A DNA stretch of 63,060 bases, counting the filler, from Reticulomyxa filosa (Eukaryota; Protista; Foraminifera): the NCBI GenBank assembly GCA_000512085.1. It is 21 parts of 21 records of this genome, joined end to end, with 100 filler letters (N's around TTAATTAATTAA, not from the genome) between each part and the next. Parts side by side here need not be neighbours in the genome. Positions count along the whole stretch, not along the records: positions 52,238 to 57,209 come from ASPP01026537.1; positions 57,310 to 58,666 come from ASPP01048725.1; positions 58,767 to 59,944 come from ASPP01017156.1; positions 60,045 to 63,060 come from ASPP01001099.1; 17 more parts are not named here. The stretch is one strand, 5' to 3'. Made by a program: the position numbers and the translations under genes. Each line of letters begins with the position of its first letter. The stretch's first letter is position 1. Positions 54,956 through 63,060 of the stretch are shown in pieces. The notes beneath the pieces were generated by a model, which was given only the letters and a program-made list of their open reading frames with translations, searched no databases and was not told where the DNA came from.

Positions 54956-55541
54956 TAAATCTTTGTTGTTTGTTCTCAAGACACAAACATTACAAAGACC
55001 AAAATAAAAAAAATTGAACTACATCCCCCCCGTCGAACACTTTTGAAAGTTTTTTTTAAAATTTAATAACGTTTCGTACAATTAATAGCATTTATTTTTC
55101 ATTTTTTTAAAAAAATTGTTGATGCAATGCCTTTGATGGAAGAAGATAGCAAGCAGAAGTATTGGCATTATGCTCATCATGCTTTGGATCCACAAGATGA
55201 AAATACAATAGCAACACATACTCCAAATTCGAAAAAGCAATTTTGTGAATTATTATTGCTGTAATGACCTTTAATTGGTGGCAATTGAAGCATCACACAA
55301 TGATCTGTTCAATTCATTGTAATAGTTCTGCCTGTAACTACTTTTTTTTTCCTAAAGAACGAAAAATGATATTGTTTATCACCAAATATTTTTGAATTTT
55401 TTCGATTTGGGTTATTTTCTAATTTGTGGATCATTTTTTATTTTTTTTTTGGAAAAAAAAGTGTAGATGGGGGCTGTAGTTCAATTTTTTTTATTTTTGT
55501 GTTTGTAATGTTTGTGTTTTATTAACAAACAAAGAGTTTAT
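54956..55541. repeat. Imperfect ~90-bp inverted repeat pair (54956-55045 / 55455-55541)
   Basis: ACACAAACATTACAAA...AAAATAAAAAAAATTGAACTACATCCCCC versus GGGGGCTGTAGTTCAATTTTTTTTATTTT...TTTGTAATGTTTGTGT. Confidence 0.75.
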
Positions 55542-57439
55542 TGCATGCTTGCATAAAAATGGATGAGTTATTTGTCTTAATTTATTGAAAGTTAAAAACA
55601 ATGAAAAGACTATTGTTATTGAAGTAACAATAAAGAAAATATACAAAAGACAGCGTCAGCGGCTGATCAAGCTATTGATCAACACAAATCCAGCATGATG
55701 GTATTGATTTAGATTACAAAAACTGTTATTTAATGCCAAATGGATGGCCAGTTTGCTATCATATTCATGTATTTAGTAATATTACTTTTATTTACAGTAT
55801 TTGCAAAGAGAAAAATATTACTTTATGACACAAATGTATAACATCCAACATAAACAAAACAATAAAGCCGTTCAGTCTATCATATACACTATCTATCACT
55901 AGAAAAGAATAATTTGCCAAGTATTCTTTTCGGTAGCATGAACACAACAGCTGACAGTAGCTCAAGTTTGTATATATCAAGCGGGTTTATGTTTCTGATT
56001 GGCTGACAAAACATTGTTTCCGATCATTTTTTCAAACTATTTTTAAAAAATCTCTTTTTTTTGTTGTAAATACCAAATACCAAGGACAGAACATCCAAAA
56101 AAAAAGCGAAAAAAAATGGTACAAGAAAATATTGACTGTGAAAATCCATGCAGCAAGTACATATCAAATGCTTCACAAGAACAATTACATTAAGTCAATT
56201 TGAAACATTTGTATGATCATTTGTATTTGAAAAGGTGCAAGACAATGCCAACTCTGATCTCAAATAAGTCTGGTACTTGAGAAAGCACAACAACAATCCC
56301 GATCATTTCATGTATTCCTTTATCACTAAATTAAATATTTGTGTTATGTAATATGTGCAATTGCGGATGTTGGCCATTTATGGTGAATATATTGACGGTA
56401 ATGCTGTTGAATACACAAGTGAGGACTTAGTTTTGTTCGGAAATATTTTAGTCATGAAACACTCGAAACGAAGTAAGACCAATTAACAAAACGCACAACT
56501 TATTAAAGTGTCTCTGTCGACGCATCCACAATCCAATCGTAGCTAAAAAATATTAAATTGAGTTTTTTTAAATAAAAAAATGAAAATGAATATCAATGAG
56601 TATGAAATATAATTATATTTTTATAATTTAAGTTGATTTTTAAATTGATCATTTTCTATAAATTGTAGGCTAGTTTTCTTCAAATAAATAAAATAACATC
56701 TTTTAATAAATAACGATCTAACGATGGAGTTGTTGCATTATTAATTTATTTTCTCAAATCGAAATTATATAAAAGAATACATTAAAAAACATGCTCAATT
56801 TTTCTATTTTTACCTTTGAAAGATTTATTGACCACTTGCTTCATCCCTGAAGTGGGGAGTGGTTTCCTACGGCTGTGAAGTAACCAACTTTGTTTTTTTC
56901 AATGATGTTTTTCGGCGTCAGTTCTCTAGTTTAGCTCACATTATTGTAAAGTCCGTTTATTTTATATCATTTTTTGTCTGAAATAATTTTTACTTTCTTC
57001 GTATTTGGTATTGAAAGTAATTTTGCTGAATGTACTTTTATCGTCTTTCTTTTTTTTAACGTTTTGACTAGATGCAACTTTTTTTTGTCCAATTGAACTC
57101 ACAAACGTATTGAACACGCCAGGGTTTAACGATGCCGAAGAGAAAATCAAAAATATATGGAAGGAACGAGCTTTGCTGTGGCATGAAAAAATTGTAAAAC
57201 TATTTCTTGNNNNNNNNNNNNNNNNNNNNNNNNNNNNNNNNNNNNNNNNNNNNTTAATTAATTAANNNNNNNNNNNNNNNNNNNNNNNNNNNNNNNNNNN
57301 NNNNNNNNNCGAATGTTTCTTTCTTTACACCGGTTAAACGGCGAAATTGGTCTGAATTTTACCCTTTGATAGCTTCGTATTTCATAACTTCCTATATTAG
57401 TTACTAAATACTTTTTAATCTATTTCTTTTAGTTTCGAA

Positions 57440-58647
57440 AGAAGTCTATTAGTCATTCAACAGAGTTAAAAGACAAATTAAAGCTGCAGCTAAATGAGGC
57501 ATTTAATGAAGATATTTCAATAGTAATAGCAGAACAACGGCATTTGTTCATCACTAAATTATTAGATAGGGTTTCAGAGGCGGTTAAGTCTAAAAGCCGA
57601 TTGGCCGATGACATTTTAGATAGGATTTTCCTTAACAATATTTTTGGCTTACCAATATTTTTTCTGATCATGTATTGTATGTTTACCTTCAGTATTGTGA
57701 TTGGAGGTATCTTTCAGGATTTTTTTGAATTGTTTGCTGAGGCTATTTTTATGGATGTGCCTAGGCTATTTTGCAAAATTTTAGAATACCAAATTGGTTG
57801 GACTTCTTAATTGTCGATGGTATTGGCGGGGAAATAAGAACTGTATAATCCTTTATTCCAGTTATAGGTGGTTTATATTTGATTCTATCGATTTTGGAAG
57901 ATTCCTCAAGGCGCAGTTTTAATCGATAGGTTTATGAGGAAATTAGGGTTGCCGGGTAAAGCATTCTTACCTTTGTTAGTAGGTTTTGGATGCAATGTTC
58001 CTGCAATTATGTCTGCTCGCATACTGGAACGAGAAAAAGATAGAATTATGGTTATAATGATGACTCCTTTTATGTCTTGTGGAGCAAGACTTTCGGTATA
58101 TGCAATGTTCTGCGCTGCTTTTTTCCCTAAAAATGGTCAGAATGTGGTGTTCTTACTTTATATAGTAGGAATACTGACTGGATGGATACTAAAAAGAATA
58201 TTAAACTCACAATTACCAGATAGCTTTATTTTAGAATTACCGAATTATCATCTACCAAGTATAAAGAGTGTATGGATTAAGACTTTAACACGCTTGAATG
58301 CATTTATATTTGGAGCTGGTAAGCTGATCATTATAATTTTCGTGTTGATGCAATCCTTAAATAGTATTGGTATGGATTTGAGCTTTAATAATCAGAGTAA
58401 TGGAAAGTCAATCTTGGCTATCTTCAGTAAAAAAATTCATCCAGTATTTAAACCATTGGGGTTAGAGAATGATAATTGGCCAGCTACAGTTGGGATAATT
58501 TCAGGGATTTTTGCAAAGGAGGTGATTGTTGGAGCTTTAAACTCCATATACCTATCAATCAATGCTGAAACAGTGGGAATATATAATCCAAAACCATTAG
58601 CTAAAATTAAAGAGGGTATTTATTCAATAGACTTCTTTCGAAACTAA
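57440..58647 (+). pseudogene. feoB: Bacterial-type ferrous iron transporter FeoB, membrane domain, frameshifted
   Basis: LDRIFLNNIFGLPIF, FIPVIGGLYLILSILEDS, GLPGKAFLPLLVGFGCNVPAIMSAR, PFMSCGARL, FILELPNYHLP and GIFAKEVIVG. Intronless, lacks host-like homopolymers, and is disrupted at 57780-57930. Confidence 0.9.
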
Positions 58648-59422
58648 AAGAAATAGATTAAAAAGTNNNNNNNNNNNNNNNNNNNNNNNNNNNNNNNNNN
58701 NNNNNNNNNNTTAATTAATTAANNNNNNNNNNNNNNNNNNNNNNNNNNNNNNNNNNNNNNNNNNNNTTTTTTTTTTTTTTTGATGTCATTATGTATGTTT
58801 ATGTGTTATATGTTATCTATTTTGTGTATGTGCTGTGTACTACGCGAGATAGGAATTAGAACAACAATTATTTGGTGAAACGTTAAGTTTTTGTATTACT
58901 TAATTTTTGCAGTAACCAGATGCAAAAGAAAAAAAAAAAAAAAAAGGGGGGGAGTTTTTTTTAAATGGGGGAATCTTCATTGTACTTCTTTTTTTTTTTT
59001 TTTCTTTTTTTTTCAGATTTGTCCAATTGAAGAGTTGACAAAAAATGTTACGTTGTGTTTTCTTTGCTCACATACCTTGCAATCAAACCCAATTGACAAA
59101 TACTGCCCTTATGCAATAATAAACAACCCATGACCTCTTCTTTATTCTTATGTCAAGTGTTTGCCTTTTTTGGGCTGCAAGAACATTGCTTATTTGTTTC
59201 TTTTTATTGTTGTTATTGCCGTGATTTATTTGATTTATTATTTTTTTTTTTTTGGAAGAAGGCATTTCAAATGACGACCTTGCAATGGGTCCGTCGAAAG
59301 GCTTTTTTTCTAACATTAATTATTCGTTTGTTTGTCTTACCTGTTGGAATGCCCGTTTGTTGCATGCACACACTCAAAAAAAAAAAGAACATGATGTTAA
59401 TGTTGACAATATCGTTGGTTGA

Positions 59423-59932
59423 TGTGACAGCACTTTTGACAAGCACAGAAGTTCATCTGGCCAAGACAGCAAAGATCAACCAAAGGACAAAGAAAATGAT
59501 GTCGAAAAAGACAAAGAAAAAGATGGAAACAAAGACGGAAACAAAGATGGAAACAAAGATGGAAACAAAGATGAAAATAAAGAGGAAAATAAAGAGGAAA
59601 ACAAAGATGAAAACAAAACACGGAGTCGGAGCCATAACAAAGACAAAGATAGGGACAGAGACAAGGAAAAAGATACTGATAGAACCAAAGATAGGGAGAG
59701 AGACAAACAAAGAGAAAAAGATAAAGAAAGACAACGAATCAGAGACAGAGATAGAGATAGAGAAAAAGATCGAGATCGAGATCGAGACCGCGACAGAGAT
59801 AGAGATAGAGAACGACGACGAAAAAGAGATCACTCAAAAAGCAGAAGTCGCAGCCAGCGAAGACATGGACACCAAAGCAGAAGCAAAGATAAAAAAGACC
59901 GAGAAAGCCGGCATGCTGGTAGAACCAGATAA
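59423..59932 (+). CDS. RD/RS-rich C-terminal tail of an SR-related protein (frame absent from the ORF track)
   Basis: Frame reads KDGNKDGN...RSRSHNKDKDRDRD...RDRDRDRERRRKRDHSKSRSRS* and is bounded upstream by TGA 59420-59422. Small exon-like blocks lie upstream. Confidence 0.55.
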   Translation, partial: CDSTFDKHRSSSGQDSKDQPKDKENDVEKDKEKDGNKDGNKDGNKDGNKDENKEENKEENKDENKTRSRSHNKDKDRDRDKEKDTDRTKDRERDKQREKDKERQRIRDRDRDREKDRDRDRDRDRDRDRERRRKRDHSKSRSRSQRRHGHQSRSKDKKDRESRHAGRTR

Positions 59933-61592
59933 TAAAAAAAATTTNNNNNNNNNNNNNNNNNNNNNNNNNNNNNNNNNNNNNNNNNNNNTTAATTAATTAA
60001 NNNNNNNNNNNNNNNNNNNNNNNNNNNNNNNNNNNNNNNNNNNNCCATAGGCATTCAGCCATGTATGATAAGGGCTTGCCCTACATTCTGGAGACAGATT
60101 GTTGTCAAAATTACCAAAATTAGGCTACGTAGCGCTTGATTGGTCCCTGAAGTACAACAATCTCTTAAGTGAATGTTATTTTTTTGTATGAAGAGAGTAG
60201 CCACAAATTGCAAAAAATCTTTTGAGTGGACGTCCGAACAATCATACTTCAATTTTGAAACATTTTTCACAAATTTAATGCAATATTGTTTGAGAGTATA
60301 TGAAACGTTAAAAGTAGTTTTGAAAGTTGAAGTATTATTCATTATAACGTACTTAAGTCCCTGATTGAAAATAATATGTATTCATCAACACAATCCGCAC
60401 TAAACCCCATTTGTAACATTTCTTTTATTTTTTCTCTAAAAAGAAAAAAATTCAATCAAAAATTTGCATGTTTTTATTTTTTTATTAAAAATTTTTTTTT
60501 GTGGTTAAGATATTTTTTTGTCATTGTCCTCTAAAATAAGCGGTTTACTTCCTTCTCAAAGACCTTTTTTGATTTATATATTAATCAACCGTAGATAATT
60601 TGAAAATGTCAAAACAAGATGATCTAAGCAAACAAAAAGCAAGCAATACGATGTCAATCAAAGACAATACCATATAGAGTTATATTTTTTGTTAATTTAC
60701 ATTTCATGTCTATGAAAGCTTAGCAAACATCAATATGAAATTATTTAGATAAAAATTATTTTCAAGCGTTTGTGATTATATCAAACAATTTAATATAATT
60801 ACGTATAATGACAAAACAAAAAAATAAATATCAAAGATATAATTAAAATAACTATGAATCAAAATTTTTTTTAAACGTTATATCACATGCAGCAAACACT
60901 TATGCACATATATGAATATATTCAAATTGTTTAGCAAACAACTACATGTTATATTCTTTAATATTATAATAATAATTTTCAATCCTAAAAATGTTGTTGT
61001 AAATCGTGTTTTTCTTTATTTTTAAAAAAGAAATTACTTTTTGTATCACATCAATGTAATAATAACAAATTTGCTGAATGTATTGTCACACTCTTATCGA
61101 AATGTAGTACGTTAGTACTAGCCATTATCAGAAATCCAAGTGAACCTTAGCACTCCCTTTATTCTAGTCCACCTAGTCTTTTAGTTTTTACTTTTGACCA
61201 TTATTTTCTCGTTATTTAACAAATTTCACTTTGTTGAAAGTTTGCTCAGGAGAGCTAATCAACCTTTCGTATTACACTTTGCGCAGTTCTTTTCAGCGGC
61301 AGACATTTCACAAACATAGTCTGGCTGGTGTATGATTCGATATTATCGGATACATGTCCATGTTTATTTTTTTTTTGCCAAAATATTTTTTTCAAAAATA
61401 ATTGTCATGTCTACGTTGAAATAGAGAACACAGGTAGTATGATTGAACTTACTAATTGAAGTTTTTGTTTCCACAAATCACTAAAACTTATGTTGGCTCA
61501 TGATCATAGTGTTAAAACAAAAGAAAAAAATGGAAGAGACACCCTCAACCAAAGCACCAATAAAAATGTCGATAATTTTTTTAAAATTTTTG

Positions 61593-62970
61593 TTAAAGTT
61601 CCGTTGCGACATCTAAATACAACGCCATAACATCATTTTTTAATCCAGGAGGAATTCTAACTAAGGATCCGTAAACAGCTGAGTCAGATCCCTACACAAG
61701 ATATTTCGAAGGAATGTTCCATCAACGCATACACATACATATAGATACATTTTAGAAATGAAACAAACAAAAAAAATAACTTTGTATTTGGAAGGATCGT
61801 TTCGCACTTCTGCCACAGATTCGGTAATATCTTGCACAAATTTGTCAGCCTTGTGCATATTGTTGCGTGTGACGCAAATGTGAGCACAATCAGGGTATTG
61901 ACAATTGTTCAATGCCCAACCTCTGACACTCATTGCCCCACTCACATGGAAAATGTTAATATTTGAATCCGCTGATTCAAAGGCCAAAATTGACATTTTT
62001 GGATCACCCATCAATTTAATACCTTTTGTTTCCTCGATTCTAGAGTATTTAATATAGTTTGCATTTTTTTAAAAAAAATATTATCCTCATTTTTGTTTAA
62101 AAAAAAAAAGATTTACCCTTTGCGCATTTTCTTCACTGCAGCCATAACCTTATTCGCAGTGTCACGATATCCATCTTGCCCAACGCACATCAAAGCAGCC
62201 CACGTAGCAGCAATTAAGCCACCTGGGCGAGATCCAGCCAAGGTACTTGTTGCATAGATTCCACCAGACCAGTCAGTGGCAAAAAAGTACTTGTTTTTAT
62301 TTGAAAAAGACAAAAGATAAGATCACACACCAAAAAAAAAAAAATGTACAACTAAAGAAATCCAAAGTTTTTTCTTTCTCTTTCCACTCTCCCCCCTTTT
62401 TTTTTTTTCGAACAAAAAAAAAGAAAATCGAACTGCATGTCTTCTAAGTTGTAGGCTTCGAAACAAGACAACGGAAGTGCCTTTCACTGAATAACCGTAC
62501 TTGTGTGTATCTGCAGACATACTGGTCACGCCAGGTAATGAAAAGTCAAATAACGGAATATCATAACTATACAATAATTTTTATTGATTTGTAAAAAGAA
62601 AAAGATATGAAATATGCAATCCACACAAACGACATGGAAAGTGTCTTTGTGACAAACAAAACAAAGATTGAACAAAGCGAAACTTGAGTCTTTGCAAGGT
62701 GGGTAACATAAAGGATCCCAAGCAACAATCGACGTGCAAGCCAATGTTGTGTTGAACGGCGAGTTTGGACAATTCGGAAATGGGATCGATCACTCCTTGG
62801 ACGTAGCAAGGCGATGAGCCAACAATGGCAATGGTGTTTTTTGTAATGTATTTTTTCACTTCGCTGGCATCGACTGCGAACGTCTTCGGATTGACAGGGA
62901 CCAGCACTGGGGTGATTTCAAACATTTCACATCCTTTTAAAAACGCGGCATGAGCACTTGTTGGCAATAC
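61593..62970 (-). CDS. SGPL1: Sphingosine-1-phosphate lyase (PLP-dependent), multi-exon, 5'-partial
   Basis: [43 protein letters not shown] (PLP Lys), [18 protein letters not shown] and RGWALN motifs. Four GT-AG introns; TAA at 61593-61595. Confidence 0.95.
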
Positions 62971-63060
62971 TCTTTTTATTTATTTATTTTTTTTTTTAAA
63001 AAAAAGAATCATTGAACTTTAAAAAAATTTGTAATAAAAAAAAAAAAAAAAAAAAAAGAA

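Noticed and set aside
59130-59996. 288-aa K/T/E-rich ORF
   Set aside because: Off-frame reading of the RD/RS repeats; its 5' part runs through intron-like poly-T.

Overview
This is not one locus. It is about 21 short contigs joined by artificial 100-bp spacers (N-run + TTAATTAATTAA + N-run), so neighbourhood only means something within a contig. The DNA is AT-rich and eukaryotic, with many short GT-AG introns and long A/T homopolymers. The WD40, RING/TRAF and NACHT family styles and an EFL remnant point to a foraminiferan such as Reticulomyxa filosa (inference). Recognisable genes: a giant PT-mucin/vWA/TSP1/Kazal surface protein, a Zn-finger + RelA/SpoT-like nucleotidyltransferase + NACHT protein, an MLLE-domain protein, a class III CoA-transferase, two DH RhoGEFs, a USP, an acyl-CoA dehydrogenase, a DIS3L2-like fragment, a C2H2 factor, a bacterial-type Tdh exon, a WD40 protein and sphingosine-1-phosphate lyase. 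There are also decayed actin, EFL, RING/TRAF and PUB-RasGEF pseudogenes, and one bacterial-looking broken feoB contig. The best candidate for an undescribed system is the RelA/SpoT-NACHT (NLR-like) protein. Other leads are a Tc1/mariner-like terminal repeat family with a nested insertion, a second dispersed G-run motif upstream of gene-fragment patchworks, and introns with GTT donors and A-rich acceptors. All domain calls are by-eye motif recognition; no searches were run.
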